A stretch of 33,150 nt of DNA, taken from NCBI GenBank assembly GCA_051530055.1, contig JBMGUZ010000029.1:1-33150 (forward strand). The letters run 5' to 3'. Position numbers and translations under genes: made by a program. Below the pieces are notes generated by a model, which was not told the DNA's origin, ran no database searches, and saw only the letters and a list, made by a program, of their open reading frames with translations. Below are positions 22,169-33,150 of the stretch, piece after piece. Source of the DNA: Neoechinorhynchus agilis. Its lineage: Eukaryota; Animalia; Acanthocephala. Positions within the stretch are counted from its first letter, which is position 1. Every line of letters begins with the position of its first letter.

Positions 22169-25100
22169 GTGAACCTTTTGGTCAATCGGGGGCGGCGAGG
22201 GAGGCGAGGGAGGGACGTTGGAGGGGAATTCATGGGATGAAATGGGGAAAGACATCCGGCACAATCGAGGGCGGCGAGGGCGGCGAGGGAGGGACGCTGG
22301 AGGGGAATTCATGGGATGAAATGGGGAAAGACATCCGGCACAATCGAGGGCGGCGAGGGCGGCGAGGGAGGGACGTTGGAGGGGAATTCATGGGATGAAA
22401 TGGGGAAAGACATCCGACACAATCGAGGGCGGCGAGGGCGGCGAGGGAGGGACGTGGAGGAATTCATGGGATGAAATGGGAAAGACATCCGGCACAATCG
22501 AGGGCGGCGAGGGAGGCGAGGAAGGACGTTGGAGGGGAATTCATTGGATGAAATGGGGAAAGACATCCGGCACAATCGAGGGCGGCGAGGGCGGCGAGGG
22601 AGGGACGCTGGAGGGGAATTCATGGGATGAAATGGGGAAAGACATCCGACACAATCGAGGGCGGCGAGGGAGGCGAGGGAAGGACGTTGGAGGGGAATTC
22701 ATTGGATGAAATGGGGAAAGACATCCGACACAATCGAGGGCGGCGAGGGAGGCGAGGGAAGGACGTTGGAGGGGAATTCATGGGATGAAATGGGGAAAGA
22801 CATCCGGCACAATCGAGGGCGGCGAGGGAGGCGAGGGAGGGACGCTGGAGGGGAATTCATGGGATGAAATGGGGAAAGACATCCGACACAATCGAGGGCG
22901 GCGAGGGCGGCGAGGGAGGGACGTTGGAGGGGAATTCATGGGATGAAATGGGCCAATAAAACACAATGAGCCTTTTAGTCAATCGAGGATCGAAATTCGG
23001 TGAGGGGCGGCGAGGGAGAGGGAATTCTTTGGATGAAATGGGAAAAAACATCCGACACAATCGAGGGTCGCGAGGGCGGCGAGGGAGGGACGTTGGGAGG
23101 GGAATTCATTGGATGAAATGGGGAAAGACATCCGGCACAATCGAGGGCGGCGAGGGCGGCGAGGGAGGGACGTTGGAGGGGAATTCATGGGATGAAATGG
23201 GGAAAGACATCCGGCACAATCGAGGGCGGCGAGGGAGGCGAGGGAAGGACGTTGGAGGGGAATTCATTGGATGAAATGGGGAAAGACATCCGACACAATC
23301 GAGGGCGGCGAGGGGGCGAGGAGGGACGTTGGAGGGGAATTCATTGGATGAAATGGGAAAATAAACACAATGAACCTTTTGGTCAATCGAGGATCGCGAG
23401 TGGTGGGGGGAGGGACGATGGAGGGGAATTCATTGGATGAAATGGGAAAAGACATCCAACACAGTGAACCTTTTGGTCAATCGAGGGTCGCGAGGGAGGC
23501 GAGGGAGGGACGTTGGAGGGGAATTCATTGGATGAAATGGGCCAATAAAACACAATGAGTCTTTTAGTCAATCGAGGATCGCGATTCGGTGAGGGGCGGC
23601 GAGGGAGGGGAATTCATTGGATGCAATGGGCCAATAAAACACAATGAGCCTTTTAGTCAATCGAGGATCGAAATTCGGTGAGGGGCGGCGAGGGAGAGGG
23701 AATTCTTTGGATGAAATGGGAAAAAACATCCGACACAGTGAACCTTTTGGTCAATCGAGGGTCGCGATTCGGTGAGGGGGCGGCGAGGGAGGGAAATTCA
23801 TTGGATGAAATGGGAAAAACATCCGACACAATCGAGGGCGGCGAGGGTGGCGAGGGGGAATTCATTGGATGAAATGGGCCAATAAAACACAATGAGCCTT
23901 TTAGTCAATCGAGGATCGCGATTCGGTGAGGGGGGCGGCGAGGGAGGGGAACTCATTGGATGAAATGGGAAAAAACATCCGACACAGTGAACCTTTTGGT
24001 CAATCGAGGGTCGCGAGGGCGGCGAAGGAGGGACGTTGGAGGGGAATTCATTGGATGAAATGGGAAAAAACATCCGACACAATCGAGGGCGGCGAGGGCG
24101 GCGAAGGAGGGACGTTGGAGGGGAATTCATTGGATGAAATGGGCCAATAAAACACAATGAGCCTTTTAGTCAATCGAGGATCGCGATTCGGTGAGGGGCG
24201 GCGAGGGAGGGGAATTCATTGGATGAAATGGGAAAAGACATCCAACACAGTGAACCTTTTGGTCAATCGAGGGTCGCGAGGGAGGCGAGGGAGGGACGTT
24301 GGAGGGGAATTCATTGGATGAAATGGGCCAATAAAACACAATGAGCCTTTTAGTCAATCGAGGATCGAAATTCGGTGAGGGGCGGCGAGGGAGAGGGAAT
24401 TCTTTGGATGAAATGGGAAAAAACATCCGACACAGTGAACCTTTTGGTCAATCGAGGGTCGCGATTCGGTGAGGGGGCGGCGAGGGAGGGAAATTCATTG
24501 GATGAAATGGGAAAAACATCCGACACAATCGAGGGCGGCGAGGGTGGCGAGGGGGAATTCATTGGATGAAATGGGCCAATAAAACACAATGAGCCTTTTA
24601 GTCAATCGAGGATCGCGATTCGGTGAGGGGGGCGGCGAGGGAGGGGAACTCATTGGATGAAATGGGAAAAAACATCCGACACAGTGAACCTTTTGGTCAA
24701 TCGAGGGTCGCGAGGGCGGCGAAGGAGGGACGTTGGAGGGGAATTCATTGGATGAAATGGGAAAAAACATCCGACACAATCGAGGGCGGCGAGGGCGGCG
24801 AAGGAGGGACGTTGGAGGGGAATTCATTGGATGAAATGGGCCAATAAAACACAATGAGCCTTTTAGTCAATCGAGGATCGAAATTCGGTGAGGGGCGGCG
24901 AGGGAGGGGAATTCATTGGATGAAATGGGAAAAGACATCCAACACAGTGAACCTTTTGGTCAATCGAGGGTCGCGAGGGAGGCGAGGGAGGGACGTTGGA
25001 GGGGAATTCATTGGATGAAATGGGCCAATAAAACACAATGAGCCTTTTAGTCAATCGAGGATCGAAATTCGGTGAGGGGCGGCGAGGGAGAGGGAATTCT

Positions 25101-25572
25101 TTGGATGAAATGGGAAAAAACATCCGACACAGTGAACCTTTTGGTCAATCGAGGGTCGCGATTCGGTGAGGGGGCGGCGAGGGAGGGAAATTCATTGGAT
25201 GAAATGGGAAAAAACATCCGACACAATCGAGGGCGGCGAGGGTGGCGAGGGGGAATTCATTGGATGAAATGGGCCAATAAAACACAATGAGCCTTTTAGT
25301 CAATCGAGGATCGCGATTCGGTGAGGGGGGGCGGCGAGGGAGGGGAACTCATTGGATGAAATGGGAAAAGACATCCGACACAATCGAGGGTCGCGAGGGC
25401 GGCGAGGGAGGGACGTTGGGAGGGGAATTCATTGGATGAAATGGGAAAAAGCATCCAACACAACGAACCTTTTGGTCAATCGAGGGTCGCGAGGGCGGCG
25501 AGTAAGGGGAATTTATCTGATGAAATGGGCCAACGTGCAGATTATCGATTTGACAATGAGCGTTTAGTCAAT
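22169..25572. repeat. G-rich complex satellite: 79-bp monomers grading into a 697-bp, 8-monomer higher-order repeat
   Basis: GAATTC spacing is 76-79 bp over 22226-22932. Variant monomers follow, and identical blocks are offset by 697 (monomer marks at 23711, 24408 and 25105). All ORFs here are repeat artefacts. Confidence 0.97.
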
Positions 25573-26479
25573 GGAGGCTTCTTTTTAAAAAAGATTAGAA
25601 TTCACTACATAAAGGAACCTATATAAAAATCTAGGATTGCTCACATTCAACAATATGCGAACGTTTGGTCAATTGATGCCTTTGAAAACTGCGTTAAAAG
25701 TCTCAGTACCGAAATCAGTGCGTAAAATAATGTCCGACTAACCGTATGGAACTCGTCGTCTTATGGATCCGACAGCACATCTCTGCCGATTTCCACTAAA
25801 ACATAATGTGCCTGCTGCAAAAACATCTTCAACTAATGTTTCCGACCTATCATTGCTCATGGATCCCATTCTTCGCATTTGCACCGAAAAAGAAGAAGAT
25901 CCATTTTTAGATCATCAGTCAATTTTTTTGTTAAAATGATATTATCTATCAAATTAGCTCTTCATCTTTTTAACGCATTACTTAGGGAACTGCTTTAAAT
26001 CGCTCTTTTAGACTAATCAAGTCGCCCGGACAAATCGTTTCATTTATCTAGGGTTTATTGCACATAAAAATCGAATTATTTAATTTGAATTGCGAAATGT
26101 TACATTATTAAGGTTTAATGAGTTTAGACAGAATGAAAGCACTCAACGAAATCGACATATACACACATCGTAAGCGGGATTTTTGCTAGTTCCAGTCAAA
26201 AGAAATGTCTCACTCGTGAATACATTCAATTCAAACGATCGTAAAGACAAAAGTTATAAACATTTCTTTTAAATTCGTAGTTTTAATGGCTTTTCATGGG
26301 CGTAATCCAAGAATGCCGATAGTTTTTATGGATTAACAAATGATTTAGAGAACTCATTTCAATTTATTATACGCAATCTTTTTAAATACGTCAACTCAAT
26401 CGTTCATTTCGACCAGCTTTCAATTGAGTGACTTGAGAGCTTTTGAAAGACGAACATATCGATTTTATCGATTAAAAAG

Positions 26480-27251
26480 TATTCTAAAACTATACAATCG
26501 TTCATTGCATTATTGATGAATGCGTAACGAATGTCGTTCGTTTATTTTGCAAGAATACATCAATAGTCTAGAAATGATAAAATTTCTATGGGATCGCCGT
26601 TAGACCAGTGTTGGCTGATCTCCACATTCGCGAATGAGAATCTGATATTCGGGAGAGGCTATCCGGTATCCAACACTGGTGGAGTTATGTTGATGACGTC
26701 TGCATGATCACAACGGTGATCTTAAATCGATTGATGTTTTAATATCAATAATCAAGGTAGTTTGTCTCAAAATGTAACAACAAATAACTCAAGAACCATG
26801 ATAGCTATCGCAAATCCGAAAACAGATTTGGAATCAGCGCGTTAAGATGTACTAAATTAACTGATACCAGAGTTTCACAACTCTGAGATAAGTGCTCTAG
26901 TCTCCATAATGGATTTGCTCGGATTTCAGAGTCGTTAAAATCCGCGGACCTTTTTAATGTTTACATTGATTAACCCGAAGGATTTTCTATCGATGATAAA
27001 CCAATCATTTTGTTCGTATGACTTATTTAATCCTTCAAAGAGTATGAGAATGTGCGGATTCATTAGTTTTCAGGACAAAACGTTTTATCAGTGAAAAGAT
27101 CTCTTATGCGAATTCGTATTTTTTTGTAGGCTAAGAAATTGTTTCTTTTATAAACCACTTTTATATTTGGCAAACATAAATTTAAACGGATATTTTCAAA
27201 AAAGGCCAATATTTAAAAAGCAATGGACTGAAGAAAAGGCCGAAAATTATC
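26480..27251 (+). mobile_element. Decayed Penelope-like element reverse transcriptase (possibly continuing to GIY-YIG)
   Basis: MGSPL-(frameshift)-PVLADLHIRE*ESDIRERLSGIQHWWSYVDDVCMI (ATG 26588, YVDD 26686-26697) matches the PLE MGSPLSP.LA....W.RYVDD pattern. LHNGF at about 26905 resembles L..NGY. Weak C..NC/YI(W)QT remnants lie near 27130-27180. Boundaries are approximate. Confidence 0.75.
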
Positions 27252-27325
27252 AGATAAATCAATTATTTCACAATTCCCGCTATAAAAAAAGAGGTAAATA
27301 AGTGAACAGTGTTTGTTTTGGTCTT

Positions 27326-27898
27326 TTAATAATTCCCATAATTAAAATCAAGCAGTCTTCTAATGGTTCCATTTGACGCCATCGTATGAACGAATTCAAT
27401 TCGGTCTACTTTACCACTTCCGTCGGCGTCCATTTCGGCAAACACGTTCTTTACAAGCTGATCCAGTTCCGTTTTGCTCACAATTCGATCTTTTCTAAGA
27501 GTGATAAGACTTCCTATCAGCGATCTGAGTTCTTTAATAGTGATGATGCCATTTCCGTCTTGATCGCAAATATCGAATATAATATTGGCCTTGTGTGTAG
27601 GTTCCGTTTGGTATATAAGAGCATTTGGAAGAAAATATTCGCTGAACGAAATGTATCCTGAATTGTCAGCGTCGAAATATTTGAACAAAATTTCAGCAAT
27701 TCCTTCCACGTTGGCGTTCTCATGTCTCGACTTAAACATTCGAATGAAGGTTTTCTTATCCATCTTGCCGTTTGGTGCTACAGCCTTATAGCGTCTATAA
27801 CTCTCGAGAACAACTCGTTCATCACAATTCGCTGAATGTGCCAACATTTTGATTATCCGAGGTGTTGGTTCTGCATGTCGATTGAGCTTGGAACCCAT
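27326..27898 (-). CDS. Neuronal calcium sensor (NCS-1/neurocalcin/recoverin family) EF-hand protein, intronless, 190 aa
   Basis: N-terminal MG. Degenerate EF1 (APNGKMDKKTF, cf. CPSG). Canonical loops DADNSGYISFSE, DQDGNGIITIKE and DADGSGKVDRIE. Length typical of the family. Confidence 0.9.
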   Translation of the reverse strand: MGSKLNRHAEPTPRIIKMLAHSANCDERVVLESYRRYKAVAPNGKMDKKTFIRMFKSRHENANVEGIAEILFKYFDADNSGYISFSEYFLPNALIYQTEPTHKANIIFDICDQDGNGIITIKELRSLIGSLITLRKDRIVSKTELDQLVKNVFAEMDADGSGKVDRIEFVHTMASNGTIRRLLDFNYGNY

Positions 27899-28226
27899 TT
27901 TGTAGCCTCGTATTTTAGTTCACTGCATAGGCTAAAAAATGAGCTGAGGCGTCGAAAACTTTCATCCTGAATCATGGAGGTGCAACGCATTTTGTGCTTA
28001 TTATAAGCCGGAAACGAGCCATTTAAGGAAAAATCGATGAAAACGCGTTCTCTAATTGTTGTGAGTGTATTAATCTAAATTCTAAAGATTCGCCGATTGA
28101 TTTTTTTTAATTTTCATGGCATTTCCCATTCTCTGCCGTACTCCCAATATCGAGGTTTAATCAGCAATTTTAAATGGCATTTCATTCTGGGATGTGGAAA
28201 CTTTTGTATTTAAGAAAGCGAATTCG

Positions 28227-29225
28227 TGCCCAGAACTCTCCGTCGCACGACGACGAAATCTCTCGGAATAAAGATTTTCTTTTTGTCATTACACCCGGCC
28301 AAGTGTCCATCAAAAAAACCTGACAAGCCGAATTGTGAATTGCATTCTTTTTTTGATGTGAAATTATCATCTTTAAACTCAAATTTTTATTTTCCAAAGT
28401 TGACACTTGGAATAAGACCGTTTTAATGACAAAAAGAAAGTCTTTATTCCGAGAGATTTCGTCGTCTTAAGGCTCCCTGAGGAATCTACATTAAAAACGA
28501 GTGGAGATGTGAAGTTTTAAGTTAAAGTAGCGACATTGAAGTATGGAAAGTTCGTTTCTTTTGTTAAGCAGTTCTGGAGCTTTGTCTGATGCCCAGAACT
28601 CTCGCTTCGATTCCATGCTCATTCCCGATTGATTCATCAGCATATTTATCCCAATATAAATTTCTGGGAAAGTGTTGTTCAATTTTGCCTATCTATAGAT
28701 TAATTTGCTATTGTCATCGGCCAAAACATTGTCCGCAGATCATCGCGTAGACCACGTTTCTTCGAGTTCAAATCGAATCTTGTCTGTAATTGGTGGATTT
28801 CGGTAGGTACGAGTCCAGTTCCCGTAAGGATTCGCCTAAGTGTAAGCGCATTTCTGTTTACAATACGGACATCCAGCTTTTTGGAACGTCACTAGTGAAC
28901 TTTTCACTGATATATTTTTATCTTAAGAATCGATTTTTTCTCTATATCCTTTCGATTTCTCCTGTCTTGAATCACATCGCTACTGGAACCACTTGACCCC
29001 CTTTTTACGTTTGTATATCGATTATCAGCGATAATTGCATTCACTCCGTCTAGATCCAATCGTTCTTCGTTAATGACAATGAGTAAACCAGTGCTGTCCA
29101 GGACATCTCAGCATAAATTGCCTATTTAATTACCAAAGGATAATTGGAAATCTAGACGCATGGCTATCCTTTGGAGGCTCCGTTTGCCATTGAGAAACGA
29201 CAGATAATCCGATGGTTTGTCTCGC
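28227..29225 (-). mobile_element. Penelope-like element relic: RT thumb, linker, GIY-YIG, and one pLTR unit with terminal redundancy
   Basis: One frame with stops: LSFL...RLDF...ADNRY...KKLDVRIVNRNALTLRRILT (28882-28823). After a frameshift: RNVVYAMICGQC (28761-28726), *IGK, then SDKAPELLNKRNELSILQCRYF*. A 14-bp direct repeat TGCCCAGAACTCTC occurs at 28227 and 28590. Same family as 11548-12788. Confidence 0.8.
28446..28486 (-). ncRNA. Degenerate hammerhead-like motif identical to 12254-12294
   Basis: Same sequence, 5 nt after the stop of the endonuclease-tail ORF (28491). Confidence 0.4.
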
Positions 29226-29279
29226 GTTACCTTAATCCCACCAGTAAAATCTCTAGAATTCAACATCGTCTCCGTAGAT

Positions 29280-29518
29280 TAGCGAAGATTAATTTGGTTC
29301 GACGTTAAATGTAGAACCATTCACTGCTTTTCCAAATCATAAAAAACTCGATACTCTCCTGTTTACGAATTATTGTTTTTACAACCCAATAACTTTAATT
29401 CCGTTTTAAGGTTCCGTAAAACAATAATTCATAAACAGGAGAATATCAAGTTTTTTGATGATTCGGAAAAGCAGTGAATGTTTCTACATTTAACGTCGAA
29501 CCAAATTTATCTTCGTTA
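29280..29518. repeat. Fold-back with arms of about 100 bp (about 90% complementary) and a 33-nt loop
   Basis: 29281-29382 vs 29416-29517. Confidence 0.95.
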
Positions 29519-29884
29519 TGTGGTTCTTCTCTTTTTATGTTATTCTAAAAAGTCATTCTACATGGTTTGCAGTCTTCAGGAGGATAAAATGTTTAAATCT
29601 ATAAAATACGGTCTAACGTTTCTAAAAAAACCGTTGCTTTTTGTTGGGAGCATCACGAACGTTCTTAAAATTCTTAATTCGAACAAGGTTATAATTTTTA
29701 AGAGTTCCATAATTTCATTAGAGGCATTGTTTATGTCTTCATTCGGTAAAACCTCCTAAAATTTAGAACACAATTTAAAAAGTAAAGACTAGAGAACATC
29801 TTTATAGCTCGACGTCTTCTAAGATTTGCATATCCCATTCCGTCCTCATTATTAATTTATTTTGAGCATATTGTTTTCGATGTG

Positions 29885-30622
29885 TCACATATTGGTTGAT
29901 CCCGATGATGATGAAGGTGGTGCTTGCAAATACTGTTGATTCGGATATCTGAACGGTTCTCTGAACATTTGTTTGGCTTCTTCAGCCTTGCGGTTCCATT
30001 CGTTGACAAAATTAACTTTATATTCCTCTGGGACGTTTCGGTGGTATCGTCTATCTTCGAGTGCTCCAGTTTGTGGATTACGATATCGTTCCCTGATTTC
30101 TCCTTGATCTCCAATGAACAATCCTTCCTGCATTTGTTCAATTCCCTTCGAAGTGTCTCTGTGAGCTCTACGTTGCCTCCAAACGCCATTAGGACCCATT
30201 TCACGTTCGTCGTGACTCTGAACAAGTTTCGGTTTTCCGTTTAAATTGCTGTATTCCACTGTTTGACTTTTTGACATCATGTAAGTCTTTGCGTTTGGGT
30301 CACTTGTCATAGCTTGAGACAATGATGGTGGATGCATGAACCCAAATGACGAAGGTTGCATGAACATTCCCATTGAAGATCCAAACATGGAGTTCATTCT
30401 GTTCATCATTTGATCCATATGCTGCTCCACTAAAGCAGATAAACTATTCATCGTAGGCATCATTGGGTCGTAAGGAGCTAAATTTGTGCTAGGAAATAGC
30501 TGACTGTTCATCGGTTGACCTTGGAAGTAAGATCGAGGAGGATAGGTTGCTGGTGAAATTGTGCTGTTTATCGATGGTGGAGGCACTTGATTGCTGCCAT
30601 GGGAAACCATTTTACGAGGCAT
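29885..30622 (-). CDS. MLF: Myeloid leukemia factor family protein, intronless, 245 aa
   Basis: Met-rich N-terminal half, then DPNAKTYMMSKSQTVEYSN..GKPKL...GPNGVWRQRRAHRDTSKGIEQM..GLFIGDQGEIRERYRNPQTG...FVNEW, which aligns by eye with the MLF domain. Confidence 0.85.
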   Translation of the reverse strand: MPRKMVSHGSNQVPPPSINSTISPATYPPRSYFQGQPMNSQLFPSTNLAPYDPMMPTMNSLSALVEQHMDQMMNRMNSMFGSSMGMFMQPSSFGFMHPPSLSQAMTSDPNAKTYMMSKSQTVEYSNLNGKPKLVQSHDEREMGPNGVWRQRRAHRDTSKGIEQMQEGLFIGDQGEIRERYRNPQTGALEDRRYHRNVPEEYKVNFVNEWNRKAEEAKQMFREPFRYPNQQYLQAPPSSSSGSTNM

Positions 30623-30658
30623 TCTAAAAAGACCGTAGTTGTACTCCCTTCCTCGACC

Positions 30659-30666
30659 TTTTTATA
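30659..30666 (-). promoter_or_regulatory. Candidate TATA box of MLF
   Basis: TATAAAAA about 37-44 nt upstream of the ATG. The AT-rich background lowers certainty. Confidence 0.3.
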
Positions 30667-30842
30667 TGTAAACACACATTCATCGCTTTGTTGTCGTTAC
30701 GGTTTTATGAGTCATTTTTAGGGGGTTCTTGGAAAGTGCAATAAAAGAAAAATTTCGCCAAAATGTGGTGTTACCTTGAAAATGTTTTTATACCCAAACG
30801 CGACCTTAGTCTCATCGACCATCGCAATTTTCAAACTTTTCA

Positions 30843-31853
30843 TTTTTTGTAGAGAGAACCGCAACCTCTCGAAAGAGCGAAAAATGCGTGAATGAGAAGA
30901 TTTTAGCCATTATTAAAACAGAATAAAAAATTTTGTAGAGGGAACCACAACCTCTCGAAAGAGAGAAAATACGTGAGAAGAAGATTTTAGCCATTATTAA
31001 AACAGAATAAAAAAATTTGTAGAGGGAATCCGCAACCTCTCGAAAGAGAGAAAATGCGTGAATGAGAAGATTTTAGCCATTATTAAAACAGAATAAAAAA
31101 TTTTGTAGAGGTAACCGCAACCTCTCGAAAGAGAGAAAATGCGTGAGAAGAAGATTTTAGCCATTATTAAAACAGAATAAATTTTTTTGTAGAGGGAACC
31201 GCAACCTCTCGAAAGAGCGAAAAATGCGTGAATGAGAAGATTTTAGCCATTATTAAAACAGAATAAAAAATTTGTAGAGGGAACCGCAACCTCTCGAAAG
31301 AGAGAAAATGCGTGAGAAGAAGATTTTAGCCATTATTAAAACAGAATAAAAAATTTTGTAGAGGGAACCGCAACCTCTCGAAAGAGAGAAAAATGCGTGA
31401 AAGAAGATTTTAGCCATTATTAAAACAGAATAAAAATTTTTGTAGAGGTAACCGCAACCTCTCGAAAGAGAGAAAATGCGTGAGAAGAAGATTTTAGCCA
31501 TTATTAAAACAGAATAAATTTTTTTCTAGAGGGAACCGCAACCTCTCGAAAGAGAGAAAAATGCGTGAATGAGAAGATTTTAGCCATTATTAAAACAGAA
31601 TAAAAAATTTGTAGAGGGAACCGCAACCTCTCGAAAGAGAGAAAAATGCGTGAATGAGAAGATTTTAGCCATTATTAAAACAGAATAAAATTTTTTCTAG
31701 AGGTAACCGCAACCTCTCGAAAGAGAGAAAAATGCGTGAGTGAGAAGAAGATTTTAGCCATTATTAAAACAGAATAAAAAATTTTGTAGAGGGAATCGCA
31801 ACCTCTCGAAAGAGAGAAAAATGCGCGAGAAGAAGATTTTAGCCATTATTAAT
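30843..31853. repeat. Tandem repeat, 83-89-bp unit, about 12 copies
   Basis: TTTTAGCCATTATTAA at 30901, 30985, 31071, 31155, 31241, 31324, 31408, 31492, 31578, 31663, 31752 and 31837. Confidence 0.97.
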
Positions 31854-32180
31854 ATCGCAAAAATGACATTGAAATGTTCATCGTGTCAATTTTCGAAAAC
31901 AAGGAGAAGGCTCTAAAAATCATCAGGTTTCAACGCTGATTCAATGCCCCATAAAAACACTTTGATAGCATTCTGAAATGCCTTACAGGTCTTTGAAGTA
32001 TTGTTCGTGAAAGAAGGAATTACGCCTAAAGGTTCGAGATTGATAAGAAAAAATTCTTAACATTGATCACGAAACTGCTCATAGTAAGAATTGCTTTTGA
32101 TCTTCGGGGGTAAAATGTGAATGTCGCCTAAGCAACGCTTTCACATTTTGATGGCACTATAATTCTTTTTGGGACGTTTA

Positions 32181-33150
32181 ATGAGAAGTAAGTATTGATT
32201 TGAGCGATTCCCTCTAATGTCTTTTTTATTTGAACAAAAAAGTCACCGTTGATATGGTTAGGAAAAGGGCTGAGCACAATGATTGTGTTTTACATACTCT
32301 GGAGGAGATTAGTCTTCATCATTTGGGAATTGAGAGGTAGATTTTGTTTCAAAGCAACATATTTTCAGGGTTATTGTGTATTTTGACAGAATCGAATTTT
32401 TAAATAGATGGTGTCCGGATCTGAAAATCCTATTGCTACAAGGAAACGTTATTAGACGAATAGGTATGCAATGCGAGCTCACTTTATGAATTGATTTTTT
32501 TTCAGAGAATATGTCCCGTCTCAAGCATTTGCAGTATCTCAATCTTGCTTTAAATTGTATTCAAACTATCGAGAATCTAGAAGGTTTTGTACCCAGCAGA
32601 TTAGCACAAAAACCAATGTTACCATCAGCTTCGATGTTTAGAATGCGAGGCATTGGAAAAGCTCGATCTTACGCTCAATTTCATAGCGGATCTGAAATCG
32701 GTGTCCAAATTGAGAGCAAACGAAAATCTTCGCGAGTTGCACTTGATCGGAAATCCATGCTGTGATTACGATCAATATCGAATGTACGTTATAAAAGTTC
32801 TTTCACCCAAATTGAACGTTCTAGATGGTGTTCGGATAAATGCATATGAACGAAGAGCAGCGATGATGTTCAACGAGCAAACCTTTTCGTCAATTGGGAC
32901 AATTATTGAAGTAGAAGATAGCCAAATCGATCGGTTTTTGAGAATTCTGCACACTGAAGGACCGAGTGCAAAGTTACCACATTGTCCAGCAGCACGAATT
33001 GCATCTCAAAAGTTCAAAGAGTTAAATAGTATTCAAGAACCCATTTGTGTCCCAGTTGAGACCCAAAGTAAAGTTAAGTATATGAAGCCGGACGGCACTC
33101 CCCGTTGCTGTAATGAAGCTAAATCAAAGGTTTTAGCACTGTATGAATGG
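32181..33150 (+). CDS. DNAAF11: Dynein axonemal assembly factor LRRC6/tilB, 3'-partial
   Basis: Exons 32181-32187, 32243-32336, 32390-32463, 32506-32583 and 32642 onward, with GT-AG introns of 55, 53, 42 and 58 nt. The splice gives [28 protein letters not shown]...RWCPDLKILLLQGN...YLNLALN...KLDLTLNFI...LIGNPC...PDGTPRCCNEAK, matching LRRC6 motifs. Confidence 0.92.

Noticed and set aside
22169-25572. CRISPR-like appearance of regularly spaced repeats
   Set aside because: The intervening sequences are themselves repeated, the context is eukaryotic, and there are no cas genes.
22018-25626. Dozens of G/P/R-rich ORFs
   Set aside because: They result from the stop-poor GC-rich satellite, occur on both strands, and are broken by unit indels.
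25763-25939. 58-aa plus-strand ORF and an overlapping antisense frame
   Set aside because: Short, with no motif and no splice support.
29266-29277. YGDD as the catalytic motif of the minus-strand PLE, and ELLKII at about 29700 as an upstream RT part
   Set aside because: Spacing to the neighbouring motifs is far too short and abuts the fold-back arm, so it was not included in the element boundaries.
1-33150. tRNA, rRNA or snRNA genes
   Set aside because: No cloverleaf or conserved rRNA/snRNA stretch was recognised by eye. tRNAscan-SE and Rfam were not run.

Overview
AT-rich eukaryotic window, most likely from a compact-genome, fast-evolving, ciliated metazoan (inferred from gene content; the species cannot be named from the sequence). 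Seven recognisable genes are present: PAXIP1/PTIP (six BRCT domains), a divergent G-protein beta subunit, DBR1, an RBMS/Shep two-RRM protein, a neuronal calcium sensor, MLF and the 5' part of DNAAF11/LRRC6. Introns are either tiny (42-58 nt) or long and repeat-filled. About one third of the window is unrelated local tandem arrays (units of about 79, 85, 120, 148, 192, 222, 226 and 242 bp), including a 3.4-kb G-rich satellite that changes from 79-bp monomers to a 697-bp higher-order repeat. The most interesting layer is not obvious from the ORF track: at least four decayed Penelope-like retroelement (PLE) pieces, carrying RT and GIY-YIG motifs. One family has a 360-390-bp pseudo-LTR unit (endonuclease C-terminus, minimal hammerhead-ribozyme-like motif, and an antisense copy of half of that motif) found in tandem, inverted and dispersed form, resembling a retrozyme. 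Several long fold-back sequences also occur. All family assignments come from remembered consensus motifs; no database search or folding program was run.
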